Part shown: positions 10,205 to 19,101 of the stretch, in pieces | How the letters are laid out: each line of letters begins with the position of its first letter | Numbering within the stretch: the stretch's first letter is position 1 | From: Oscillospiraceae bacterium | Lineage (GTDB): Bacteria; Bacillota; Clostridia; Oscillospirales; Oscillospiraceae | DNA: 64,000 nt | NCBI GenBank assembly: GCA_902765025.1 | Contig: CACWYC010000001.1 | Span: forward strand, 71,586 to 135,585 | Direction of reading: 5' to 3' | Position numbers and translations under genes: made by a program | The notes under the pieces: generated by a model | What the model was told of the DNA's origin: nothing | Database searches by the model: none | Seen by the model: the letters and a program-made list of their open reading frames with translations, nothing else

Positions 10205-11695
10205 ATGGAACTGGGCTTGCAATTTGAGGACATTACCTATTTCGAGAGCTTGGAGAGTCACGCCGTCACCCACGAGGAGACGTTGGAAACCGCTATCCCG
10301 GAGTATTGCCCGGATATGAGCCGCATCGTGGAGGCGGTGGGGGAGCTGTTTGTGCAGGAAAAAATCCCGGCGGAGGACCGCTACACCGTGGCCGGGACGG
10401 TGAAGGTGACGGTGCTGTACACCTCCGAGGAGTCGGCGGGACTGAAGAGCCTGACGGTGTCGGTGCCCTTTTCGGCCCGGATGGAGGAGCAGATGGGAAG
10501 CGGACGGACGGTGTTCGTCACCGGGCGGGTGCTGATGCTGGAGGCCCGGGCCATCACGTCCCGGCGGCTCCACATCCGGCTTGTGCCGGAGATTACCGCC
10601 CACACCTTCCGGCCCCAGCAGGCGTCGCTGTGCGTGGGGGTGGAGCCGGAGCCCACGCTGCGGGTGAAGCGGGAGGAGATCACCCTGCCGCTGCTCACCG
10701 GCGTGGCGGAACAGGAAATCAGCTTCACCGGCGAGGCGGCACTTCCGGCGGGCAAGGTGCCGGAGGAGCTGCTGGTGTACCATCTCTGCCCCCAGGTGCA
10801 GCAGGTACAGCGGCTGGGCGGCAAGCTGATGGTGAAGGGGGAGCTGCTGATGCGCTCGCTCTACCGCAGCGGCGATGCCCTGGCGGACTACTGGGAGGGG
10901 GTGCTGCCCTTCTCAGACGTGGTGGACGGAGCCGGACTTGCCGAGGACGGCGAGCTGGTGGTGCTGCCCACGCTGACGGCGGCGGACGCCCGGGCGCTGC
11001 GTCGGGACGGCGCGGGGGCCATCAGCGTCACGGCCCAGATCAGCCTGGCCATCCGGGCCTATCAGCGAAAGACCGTCAGCTATATGGCGGACCTGTACAG
11101 CGTGCGGTACAACACCCATTTGGAGCAGCGGCCTGTGACGGTGCATCTGGATGAGCCGGAGACGGAGCTGATGCAGGAGGCGGTGAGCCGCCTGGAGCTG
11201 GATGCCGGGGCGCCCTTTGTGTATGTGACGGCGTTGGAGTGCGCGCCGGTGACCTCCACGGTGGAGGCGGGCCGCAGCGTGCTGCGGACGGCCATCCGGT
11301 GGCAGGCGCTGTATCTGGACGAGAGCGGCAGCCCCATTACCGTGGGCCGCACCGAGGAGGTGACGGTGCCGGTGGAGGAGATGCGGGGCACGGCCTCCGC
11401 CCGGTGCTGCCCGGTGACGGTGCAGTGCAGCGGTGTGTGCCAGATTCGGGTGCCGGTGACCTTTGCCCTCACCTGGGAGGAGCGGCTCACTGTCAACGGT
11501 CTGACGGCAGTGACCATGGAGGAGACCCAGCGTGGCGGCCCCGCGCCCAGCCTGATTTTGCGGCGGATGCGGCCGGAGGAGACGCTGTGGGACGTGGCAA
11601 AGCAGTACCACACCGACATGGACGCCATCCGCCAGAACAACCAGTTGGAGGGGGACGCCACCGACCGGATGCTGCTGATTCCCCGGGTGCGGTAA
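10205..11695 (+). CDS. SPOCS (DUF3794)-repeat protein with C-terminal LysM domain; SipL/SpoVID-like spore coat morphogenetic protein
   Basis: N-terminal ETAIPEYCPDMSRIV typical of DUF3794 proteins; C-terminal LysM (ETLWDVAKQYHTDMDAIRQNN). Confidence 0.75.
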   Translation: MELGLQFEDITYFESLESHAVTHEETLETAIPEYCPDMSRIVEAVGELFVQEKIPAEDRYTVAGTVKVTVLYTSEESAGLKSLTVSVPFSARMEEQMGSGRTVFVTGRVLMLEARAITSRRLHIRLVPEITAHTFRPQQASLCVGVEPEPTLRVKREEITLPLLTGVAEQEISFTGEAALPAGKVPEELLVYHLCPQVQQVQRLGGKLMVKGELLMRSLYRSGDALADYWEGVLPFSDVVDGAGLAEDGELVVLPTLTAADARALRRDGAGAISVTAQISLAIRAYQRKTVSYMADLYSVRYNTHLEQRPVTVHLDEPETELMQEAVSRLELDAGAPFVYVTALECAPVTSTVEAGRSVLRTAIRWQALYLDESGSPITVGRTEEVTVPVEEMRGTASARCCPVTVQCSGVCQIRVPVTFALTWEERLTVNGLTAVTMEETQRGGPAPSLILRRMRPEETLWDVAKQYHTDMDAIRQNNQLEGDATDRMLLIPRVR

Positions 11696-11836
11696 ACCAG
11701 AATAGCATAGCAGACGCGGCGCAGCGCAGGCTGTGCCGCGTCCGTATTTGCGCGTCCCATGATGGAACGCCGTTTTTTGACAGACGCAACAACGCCCTGC
11801 CACTATGGCAGGGCGTTGCGTATCGATGGGGGAAAA

Positions 11837-13285
11837 TCAGAACTTGTACTCCACGTACAGCTCCCGAACGGCGTTGGGATCGGCGGCCTTGGCAGGGGCG
11901 GCAGGGGCGGCAGGCTCTGCGGGAGCGGGATTGTCCCGCTTTTGCAGGAACTTGGGGGCCACCTGGGGGAACAGAGCCAGGCTCAGCACGTCCTCATCGG
12001 ACTTGGCCAAATCCTTGAACTCGGCGCGGTACTTCTCCAGCTCCGGCTCCAGCAGGTCGGCGGGGCGGCAGGTGATGACATCCTCGGGGGCGATGCCAGC
12101 TTTGGCACGCACCTCGTTGTTCACCTCGCCGGGCAGCTGACCGTACTCGCCCCGCAACATGGCCTTGGACTCCTTGGGGAAGGTCTTGTACCGCTCGCCC
12201 AGGATCACGTTCATCACGGCCTGGGTGCCCACGATCTGGGAGGAGGGGGTCACCAGGGGAGGATAGCCGAAATCCTTGCGGACACGGGGAATCTCCGCCA
12301 GCACGTCGTAATACTTGTCCTCCTTGCCCGCCTCCTTCAGCTGGGAGATCAGGTTGGACAGCATGCCGCCGGGCACCTGGTAGCGCAGGGTGTTGGTGTC
12401 CACACGCAGCACCTTGGGATTCAGATTGCCGGCATCCTGCAGCCGCTGGGCCACCTTGCGGAAGTGGACGGCGGCGTCGCTCATCTTGTCCAGGCTCAGG
12501 CCGGGGTCGCGGGCGGTGCCCTTCAGCGTGGCCACCAGGGACTCGGTGGCGGGCTGGGAGGTACCGTTGGCCAGGGGGGACAGGGCGGTGTCCACGATGT
12601 CCACGCCGGCGTAGGCCGCCATGAGATACACCATGTCGCCGGTGCCGGTGGTGTTGTGAGTGTGGAGGTGGATGGGCACCTTCACGGTCTCCTTCAGGGC
12701 TTTCACCAGGGAGTAGGCGTCCATGGGCAGCAGGAGGTTGGCCATATCCTTGATGCAGATGGAGTCGGCGCCCATCTGCTCCAATTCGCGGGCCAGCTTC
12801 ACGAAGTAAGCCTCGTCATGGATGGGGGAGATGGTGTAGGACAGCGTGGCCTCCACCTGGCCGCCGTACTTCTTGGTGGACTTGATGGCCTGCTCCAGGT
12901 TGCGGACGTCGTTGAGGGCGTCGAAAATGCGGATGATGTCGATGCCGTTCTCAATGGACTTGGCGCAGAAGGCGTCCACCACGTCGTCGGCATAGTGCTT
13001 GTAGCCCAGGATGTTCTGGCCGCGGAACAGCATCTGCAGCTTGGTGTTCTTCACGTGGCTGCGGATGGTGCGCAAACGCTGCCAGGGGTCCTCATTCAGA
13101 AAGCGCATGCAGGCGTCGAAGGTGGCGCCGCCCCAGCACTCCAGAGAGTAGTAGCCGATGCTGTCCAGCAGCTCCAGGGCGGGCAGCATGTCGTCGATGG
13201 TCATGCGGGTGGCCGCCTGGGACTGGTGGGCGTCACGGAGAATGGTATCGGTGATCAGCAGGGGCTTATTAGACAAAAATTCCAT
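11837..13285 (-). CDS. oadA: Oxaloacetate decarboxylase alpha / carboxyltransferase subunit
   Basis: DTILRDAHQS, ECWGGATFD, LHTH, YQVPGGM, GYPPLVTPSSQIVG motifs. Confidence 0.9.
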   Translation of the reverse strand: MEFLSNKPLLITDTILRDAHQSQAATRMTIDDMLPALELLDSIGYYSLECWGGATFDACMRFLNEDPWQRLRTIRSHVKNTKLQMLFRGQNILGYKHYADDVVDAFCAKSIENGIDIIRIFDALNDVRNLEQAIKSTKKYGGQVEATLSYTISPIHDEAYFVKLARELEQMGADSICIKDMANLLLPMDAYSLVKALKETVKVPIHLHTHNTTGTGDMVYLMAAYAGVDIVDTALSPLANGTSQPATESLVATLKGTARDPGLSLDKMSDAAVHFRKVAQRLQDAGNLNPKVLRVDTNTLRYQVPGGMLSNLISQLKEAGKEDKYYDVLAEIPRVRKDFGYPPLVTPSSQIVGTQAVMNVILGERYKTFPKESKAMLRGEYGQLPGEVNNEVRAKAGIAPEDVITCRPADLLEPELEKYRAEFKDLAKSDEDVLSLALFPQVAPKFLQKRDNPAPAEPAAPAAPAKAADPNAVRELYVEYKF

Positions 13286-13299
13286 TACACGATTCCTCC

Positions 13300-14562
13300 T
13301 TAACCGAACAGGGAGATCAGCACGCCCGCGGCGATGGCGGAGCCGATAACGCCGGCCACGTTGGGGCCCATGGCGTGCATCAGCAGGAAGTTGCCGGGAT
13401 TGTACTCCTGGCCCACCTTCTGGCTGACGCGGGCGGCCATCGGCACGGCGGACACGCCGGCGGAGCCGATGAGGGGATTGATCTTTTCCTTCAGGAACAG
13501 GTTCATGAACTTAGCCAGCAGCACGCCGCCTGCGGTACCGCAGCCGAAGGCCACCACGCCCATGCACATAATGGCCAGGGTCTTGGGGCTGAGGAAGGTG
13601 GCGCCGGTGGCGGTGGCGCCAACGGACACGCCCAGGAAGATGGTGACGATGTTCATCAGCTCGTTCTGGGCCGCCTTGCTGAGACGGTCGGTGACGCCGC
13701 ACTCCTTGAACAGGTTGCCCAGCATCAGGCAGGCAATCAGCGGAGCGGCGGAGGGCACCAGCAGGGCCACGAAGATGGTGACCACCACGGGGAAGAAAAT
13801 CTTCTCCTTCTTGCTGACCTCACGCAGGGGCTTCATCACGATCTGGCGCTCCTTCTCGGTGGTGAGCAGCTTCATGATGGGGGGCTGAATCACCGGCACC
13901 AGGGCCATGTAGGAGTAGGCCGACACGGCGATGGGGCCCAGCAGGGCGGGGGCCAGCATGGCGGTAACGAAGATGGCGGTGGGGCCGTCAGCGCCGCCGA
14001 TGATGCCCACGGAGGCAGCCTCGGCGCCGGTGAACAGGCCGCTGAGACGGCAGCCCACGTAGGTCATGAAGATACCCACCTGGGCGGCAGCGCCCAGCAG
14101 CAGGCTCTTGGGGTTGGCAATCAGCGGGCCGAAGTCGGTCATGGCGCCCACACCCATGAAGATGAGGCAGGGATAGATACCCAGCTTGATGCCTAAGTAG
14201 AGAATGTCGATCAGGCCGATGCTGATGCTCTGGCCCACCGCGACACCGCTCAAAACGGCGTCGGACACGCCAAGGGCCTGCATCTCGGAGAGGAACTCGG
14301 CGGTAATGGGTGCGCCGCCGAAGAGATCCCAGTGGACGTGGCCGCCGGCAAAGAGAATCTCGTGGTACATACCGGCGCCGGGCAGGTTGGTGACCAGCAT
14401 GCCGATGGCGATAGGCACCAGCAGCAGCGGCTCAAACTTTTTCGCAATACCCAGAAACAGCAGCACGCAGGCCACCAAAATCATGATGGCCGACTTCCAG
14501 TTGTCACCCTGGAAGAACTGGAAGAAGCCGGTCTGGGCGCAGAAATTCAATATGGCTTGCAT
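13300..14562 (-). CDS. oadB: Na+-translocating decarboxylase beta subunit
   Basis: [51 protein letters not shown]. Confidence 0.95.
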   Translation of the reverse strand: MQAILNFCAQTGFFQFFQGDNWKSAIMILVACVLLFLGIAKKFEPLLLVPIAIGMLVTNLPGAGMYHEILFAGGHVHWDLFGGAPITAEFLSEMQALGVSDAVLSGVAVGQSISIGLIDILYLGIKLGIYPCLIFMGVGAMTDFGPLIANPKSLLLGAAAQVGIFMTYVGCRLSGLFTGAEAASVGIIGGADGPTAIFVTAMLAPALLGPIAVSAYSYMALVPVIQPPIMKLLTTEKERQIVMKPLREVSKKEKIFFPVVVTIFVALLVPSAAPLIACLMLGNLFKECGVTDRLSKAAQNELMNIVTIFLGVSVGATATGATFLSPKTLAIMCMGVVAFGCGTAGGVLLAKFMNLFLKEKINPLIGSAGVSAVPMAARVSQKVGQEYNPGNFLLMHAMGPNVAGVIGSAIAAGVLISLFG

Positions 14563-14588
14563 CTGTTGACCTCCTTACGGGTGAACCG

Positions 14589-14942
14589 TCAGGCGATCAC
14601 GCACAGGGCCGCGCCGGACTCCACCGTGGCACCCTTGGTGACGGCCACGGAGACGACCTTGCCGTCCCGGGGGCACATGATCTCGTTCTCCATCTTCATG
14701 GCCTCCAGCACCATCAGCACCTGGCCCTTCTTCACGGCGTCGCCGGCCTTGACGTTGACGGCCAGGATGTTGCCGGGCATGGGGGCGTTGATGGCCTCAC
14801 CGCCGGCGGGGGCGGCAGGGGCGGCAGGGGCAGCAGCGGGAGCGGGGGCGGCGGCAGGGGCGGCGGCGGCAGCAGCGCCGGTCAGTTCTTCGATCTCCAC
14901 CTCATAGGCGGTGCCGTTTACATTAACTCTATACTTTTTCAT
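14589..14942 (-). CDS. Biotin carboxyl carrier protein
   Basis: EAMKM biotinylation motif, Ala/Pro linker; start MKKYRVNVNG. Confidence 0.93.
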   Translation of the reverse strand: MKKYRVNVNGTAYEVEIEELTGAAAAAAPAAAPAPAAAPAAPAAPAGGEAINAPMPGNILAVNVKAGDAVKKGQVLMVLEAMKMENEIMCPRDGKVVSVAVTKGATVESGAALCVIA

Positions 14943-14961
14943 GGTGTTTTCTCCTCTTTTT

Positions 14962-15243
14962 TTACACTTTTTTGAAAGATACGATGCGGATCGCGCTGAT
15001 GTCAGTGCCCATCTCCTCGGCAATGGCGGCGGACACGGCGGCTACCATCGCGGGGGAAACCTGGTCACGGTCGGCGGCGGGAACTGCGGTCACGGCGGGG
15101 GCAGGCTGCGCCAGGGCCTTATCGGTTGCACGCACAACCGCGCTCATGGCAGACACCAGAACAATGATGCAAATCAGGCCGATAAACACCGTGCAGATAC
15201 CCATCAGGCACACAAACAGATTGGAATAGTCCATGCGATTCAA
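14962..15243 (-). CDS. oadG: OadG-family decarboxylase gamma/delta subunit
   Basis: N-terminal TM (GICTVFIGLICIIVLV), Ala/Pro linker, VAAVSAAIA motif; first gene of the operon. Confidence 0.8.
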   Translation of the reverse strand: MNRMDYSNLFVCLMGICTVFIGLICIIVLVSAMSAVVRATDKALAQPAPAVTAVPAADRDQVSPAMVAAVSAAIAEEMGTDISAIRIVSFKKV

Positions 15244-15274
15244 ATCCCTCCCATCTTAAAATCTGATTGTTAAT

Positions 15275-15303
15275 AGTATAACAGATGTTTCCGGCAGATA
15301 CAA
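15275..15303 (-). promoter_or_regulatory. SigA-type promoter of the decarboxylase operon
   Basis: Minus strand TTGTAT-17bp-TATACT. Confidence 0.6.
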
Positions 15304-15441
15304 GTCACAAATGCTACAATAAATAAGGTGTGGATTGTGCTATTTCACAGCGGTTCGGCAGATGTGGACAAAAGACCGCAAAAATACCTTTCCAAGGCGT
15401 GGCGAACATGGTAGAATAGGCGGGAAAGGGAGGGGTGACGG

Positions 15442-16116
15442 ATGCAGTACGGACAGGTGAGGGAGGGGCGGTTCCTCTCCCGGCCCAACCGGTTTATCGC
15501 CCACGTGGCGATTGACGGCGCGGAAACGGTGGTGCACGTGAAGAACACGGGCCGGTGCCGGGAGCTGCTGGTGCCGGGGGCCACGGTGTATGTGGAGCGC
15601 AGCGCCAACCCCCAGCGGAAGACGGCCTACGATCTGATCGCCGTGGAAAAGGGCGGACGGCTCATCAACATGGACGCCCAGGCCCCCAACCGTGTGTTCA
15701 GGGAGTTTGCCGGGGTGTTTGACCCCACCGCCGAGGCGGTGCATCCCGAGTTCACCTACGGCCAGTCCCGGCTGGATTTCTGTCTCACCACGCCGGCGGG
15801 GCTCCACCTGGTGGAGGTAAAGGGCGTGACGCTGGAGGAGGGGGGTCACACCCGCTTTCCCGACGCCCCCACGGAGCGGGGCATCAAGCACCTGCGGGAG
15901 CTGGAACGGGCGGTGGCGGAGGGCCACCGGGCCGCGGTGTTCTTCGTCATCCAGATGGCGGACGTGCTGGACTTCGCCCCCAACGACGTGACCCACCCCG
16001 CCTTCGGTGAGGCGCTGCGCCATGCCGCCGCGGCAGGAGTGGAGGTGGCGGCCTACGACTGCGCCGTCACGGCGGACACGCTTTCCATCCGCCGACCTGT
16101 GCCGGTGGTGCTGTGA
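15442..16116 (+). CDS. sfsA: DNA/RNA nuclease SfsA
   Basis: RPNRF, HVKNTGRCRELL, SRLDF, EVKGVTL, FPDAPTERGIKHL. Confidence 0.95.
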   Translation: MQYGQVREGRFLSRPNRFIAHVAIDGAETVVHVKNTGRCRELLVPGATVYVERSANPQRKTAYDLIAVEKGGRLINMDAQAPNRVFREFAGVFDPTAEAVHPEFTYGQSRLDFCLTTPAGLHLVEVKGVTLEEGGHTRFPDAPTERGIKHLRELERAVAEGHRAAVFFVIQMADVLDFAPNDVTHPAFGEALRHAAAAGVEVAAYDCAVTADTLSIRRPVPVVL

Positions 16117-16139
16117 GTACTAATTAGGAGGAAAACGCG

Positions 16140-16481
16140 GTGAATATTCAGATTTTCGGCACCAATAAGTGCTTTGACACGAAAAAAGCCCAGCGCTACT
16201 TCAAGGAGCGCCGGGTGAAATTCCAGTTTATCGACCTGAAGGAAAAGGGGATGAGCCGGGGGGAGCTGACGTCGGTCTGCCAGGCGGTGAAGGGGCTGGA
16301 CAAGTTGCTGGACGATGGCACCAAGGATCAGCAGACGCTGGCGTTGGTGCGGTATCTGGTGCCGGCCCAGCAGCTGGACAAGGTGCTGGAAAACCAGCAG
16401 CTTTTGAAAACCCCCATCGTCCGCAACGGCAAGCAGGCCACCGTGGGCTACTGCCCAGAGGTGTGGAAGGACTGGGAGTAA
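16140..16481 (+). CDS. ArsC/Spx/MgsR family protein
   Basis: QIFGTNKCFDTKKAQRYFKER and LLKTPIVRNG motifs. Confidence 0.88.
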   Translation: MNIQIFGTNKCFDTKKAQRYFKERRVKFQFIDLKEKGMSRGELTSVCQAVKGLDKLLDDGTKDQQTLALVRYLVPAQQLDKVLENQQLLKTPIVRNGKQATVGYCPEVWKDWE

Positions 16482-16579
16482 TTGAAGTACACATTTATGT
16501 ATATTAATCCCGCCTACAAGGCAACAAAAGCTTTGTGGACGGGATTCCTATATATTATCAGCAGAACTGTGGCAGCAGA

Positions 16580-16834
16580 TCATCTCCAATTATTGGCAGA
16601 CATGCTGCGCGGATAAGGCTGGATAATATCGGTTAATCCCAACAGATAGTCGGTGCTCGTATTATAAAGTGCAGCAAGCTGAATGAGCGCGTCTGTAGGT
16701 ATATCCCGTTTTCCCAATTCATAATGAGAATAGCAAACCTGTGAACAATGCAAGTATTCAGCAATATCCTTTTGCAGTAATTCTCTATCTTCTCTCAAAT
16801 CTCGAATTCTTCGGTATGCTTTCATTTGGATCAT
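16580..16834 (-). CDS. XRE-family helix-turn-helix regulator
   Basis: RIRDLREDRELLQKDIAEYL...YSHYELGKRDIP...STDYLLG. Confidence 0.9.
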   Translation of the reverse strand: MIQMKAYRRIRDLREDRELLQKDIAEYLHCSQVCYSHYELGKRDIPTDALIQLAALYNTSTDYLLGLTDIIQPYPRSMSANNWR

Positions 16835-16951
16835 CCCCGTTTTTTGAAATCGGAAAACATACTATTCCAGACAAACGCCATCTAGTGTACGCAAGCTGAG
16901 AATAGATATGCGTCACGGATGATGCCATCTTACCGAAAACAATTTGTTATA

Positions 16952-16980
16952 TTGACATATAAAACAAATTGTTATATAAT
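16952..16980 (+). promoter_or_regulatory. Perfect-consensus SigA promoter overlapped by two palindromic operator-like repeats
   Basis: TTGACA (16952-16957), 17 bp, TATAAT (16975-16980); AAAACAAWTTGTTATAT at 16936 and 16961. Confidence 0.8.
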
Positions 16981-17047
16981 TCTCACGAAATCCGGAGGAC
17001 TTTGCACGGAGTATTCAAATAATAGTTTTGAGAGGAGCACTTTTTCA

Positions 17048-17563
17048 ATGAAAGGTTTTTTTCGTATTTGTGGCGCAAAGATAAACGAACAGAAAAAATG
17101 GTTTACGATTTTGGCAATAGTTGAACTGTTTTTTGCGCTTCTGTTTTTTTTCCTCTTTTGCCAGTTGCCTGTGTATGCGGAATATAGTGGTGTATACTGG
17201 CTATGCTCTATTCTTACAATAGAGTCGGTCATTGCTGTATTCTATCTTCTTTCTCTGCTGGCACGCATTAGGAAATACGAGGCCTTCGGTTGCGTTTGCC
17301 CGGCCTGCGATACTGTTAATATGCGAAATACCAGATTTTGTTCCTATTGCAACGGCGACCTTTCAAATGCACCCAGCCTCATCGAGTACCGCGAGGGGAA
17401 GCCAGCAGTTACAAGGAAGGACAACGCGGTAACGAAAAACGATGCAAAAGAAGCTGAACCGGAAAACGTGGCTGGTGCAAAAAAGTTTTGCCCCGGGTGC
17501 GGAAAAGCGGTGAAATCTGATAGTGTGTTTTGCGATAACTGCGGACGGGATTTGCGAGCATGA
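17048..17563 (+). CDS. Membrane protein with two zinc-ribbon motifs
   Basis: Two N-terminal TM segments, CPAC...CSYC and CPGC...CDNC; RBS GAGGAG before ATG 17048. Confidence 0.75.
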   Translation: MKGFFRICGAKINEQKKWFTILAIVELFFALLFFFLFCQLPVYAEYSGVYWLCSILTIESVIAVFYLLSLLARIRKYEAFGCVCPACDTVNMRNTRFCSYCNGDLSNAPSLIEYREGKPAVTRKDNAVTKNDAKEAEPENVAGAKKFCPGCGKAVKSDSVFCDNCGRDLRA

Positions 17564-18069
17564 AGAAGAACCATCTGTTTCTGCTGACGTTATTTGCTGT
17601 TGCAGCGTTGGCTGCTATATTTTTAACTTCTTTCGCCGGTAATAGACATATTAAGCTTTCGGGAAAACAGATGGACGCCATTTCTATTGTTGTGGAGAAC
17701 CGCGAGCAGTGGAACGATGTTTGGTGTGGCTTTTCCCACTTTGGATTGGCAAATAGAGGTTTGATGTGGGAGAAGGACGGACAATACTATTTTTCCGGGG
17801 GCTACACAGAAGATACAGATAAACAAGAAGAAAGACTCATCGCGGGAAAAGGCCAATCCCTATCTTTCGTGACGTATTGCTTGCCTTGCTGCTACAGAAT
17901 CGATTGGGAGAGTAATACATTGGTACCCATTAGATACGGAAGTAAAGACCTTCAAGAGTGGCTTATGCATGGCCAGGTTTTCGACCCGGAAACGGTTACG
18001 GAGAGTGAATTAACAGAGATTCTGGCAGAGTCCTATAAAGCGTTTCTTGAAAAAAACAATAAGAATTAG
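17560..18069 (+). CDS. Hypothetical membrane-anchored or secreted protein
   Basis: 169-aa ORF overlapping the previous stop (ATGA); basic-hydrophobic N-terminus; low GC. Confidence 0.65.
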   Translation: MKKNHLFLLTLFAVAALAAIFLTSFAGNRHIKLSGKQMDAISIVVENREQWNDVWCGFSHFGLANRGLMWEKDGQYYFSGGYTEDTDKQEERLIAGKGQSLSFVTYCLPCCYRIDWESNTLVPIRYGSKDLQEWLMHGQVFDPETVTESELTEILAESYKAFLEKNNKN

Positions 18070-18128
18070 TCCGCTCACTGAATGTACACGGTAAACAGTA
18101 GGTGGGGTTAAATCCGGACGATAGCAGC

Positions 18129-18158
18129 AAAAAGCCGCGCTTCACAGCGCGGCATTTT
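18129..18158. terminator. Bidirectional terminator between convergent genes
   Basis: AAAAAGCCGCGC-ttcaca-GCGCGGCATTTT. Confidence 0.6.
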
Positions 18159-18771
18159 GTTTGAGCGTCTCCATCAGCCACCAGGTGATGCGTGCCGTCA
18201 GGCCCCACAGGGGATAGGGGAGGCCGCGGTATAGCGGCACCTCCGTGTAGTGGGGCCGCCAGGGATAGTCGGGGCCGATGCCCGCCTCCTCCGCCGGGAA
18301 GCCCGGCAGCTCCATGGGCTGGACGTTGCGGTAAATGGTGGGCGGGTTGTCCCGCAGCCAGGGGAGGGACACCAGAAACGTGTCCGCCACCTCGGCGCAG
18401 GAGGGCCGCATTTCCGCCAGCGCGGCATCATCCAGCCGCCCCAGCACCGGGTACAGCAGTCTGTCGCCCCGGAGATAGAGATAGTCCAGCTGCCCCAGCA
18501 CCTCCACGTGGGCGGGGTCGATGCCCAGCTCCTCCCGGGTCTCCCGCAGGGCGCAGTCCACAATGGACTCGCCCGCCTCCCGGTGGCCGCCGGGGAAGCA
18601 CACCTCGCCGCCCTGGCGGATGGTGCTGCTGCGCACCTCGTACAGCAGGTGCCACACGCCGTCTTTTTCCACCAGCGGCACCAGCACGGCGGATTCGCCC
18701 TTGAGCTGCTGCAGCGTGGGTGTTCTATGGCCGAAGTATTCCCGCAGAGTTTTCATTTCCAAAGCCATCAC
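18142..18771 (-). CDS. Nudix hydrolase, CoA pyrophosphatase family
   Basis: SAVLVPL, GEVCFPGG-x5-E...ALRETREELG, LWGLTARI. Confidence 0.9.
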   Translation of the reverse strand: MMALEMKTLREYFGHRTPTLQQLKGESAVLVPLVEKDGVWHLLYEVRSSTIRQGGEVCFPGGHREAGESIVDCALRETREELGIDPAHVEVLGQLDYLYLRGDRLLYPVLGRLDDAALAEMRPSCAEVADTFLVSLPWLRDNPPTIYRNVQPMELPGFPAEEAGIGPDYPWRPHYTEVPLYRGLPYPLWGLTARITWWLMETLKQNAAL

Positions 18772-18860
18772 CTCATTTCCGTGTCAGTATAGCACATTTT
18801 CGCCTGCACCGCCAGCAAAAAAAGCGCCCCGCCGGGGGCGGGACGCTTTTCGTTATGCCT

Positions 18861-19025
18861 TTAGCAGCAGCCGCAGTTGTTGTCGTTACCGCAGCAGTTG
18901 TTGCCGCAGCAGTTGTTGCAGCCGCAGTTGTTGCCGCAGCCGTTGCCGTTGCCGCAGAACAGCAGGAGGATGATCAGGATGATGATCCAGTTGTTGCCAC
19001 CGAAGCAGGAATTAGAATTACACAT
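18861..19025 (-). CDS. 54-aa Cys/Asn/Gly-rich microprotein MCNSNSCFGGNNWIIILIILLLFCGNGNGCGNNCGCNNCCGNNCCGNDNNCGCC
   Basis: Read by hand on the minus strand; GGAGGT RBS, own terminator (~18817-18850), upstream CATACTAT -10. Not in the ORF track. Confidence 0.8.
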   Translation of the reverse strand: MCNSNSCFGGNNWIIILIILLLFCGNGNGCGNNCGCNNCCGNNCCGNDNNCGCC

Positions 19026-19101
19026 ATTCGTGACCTCCTATGAAGTTTGGCCCCGCATTGGGGTCTCATTCCATAGTATGTGACGGCCGCGAATGTGTGC
19101 C

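Noticed and set aside
14760-14885. GC-rich short tandem repeats
   Set aside because: They encode the normal Ala/Pro linker of the biotin carrier; a similar linker occurs at the OadA C-terminus.
18861-19025. RiPP (e.g. ranthipeptide/SCIFF) precursor
   Set aside because: No adjacent radical SAM maturase or transporter, and the hydrophobic core plus sporulation-type promoter fit a structural protein better.
18720-19083. Plus-strand Ala/Val- or Gln/Leu-repeat ORFs (18720-19043, 18877-19083)
   Set aside because: Antisense readings of the Cys/Asn-rich minus-strand gene, which has the RBS, promoter and terminator.
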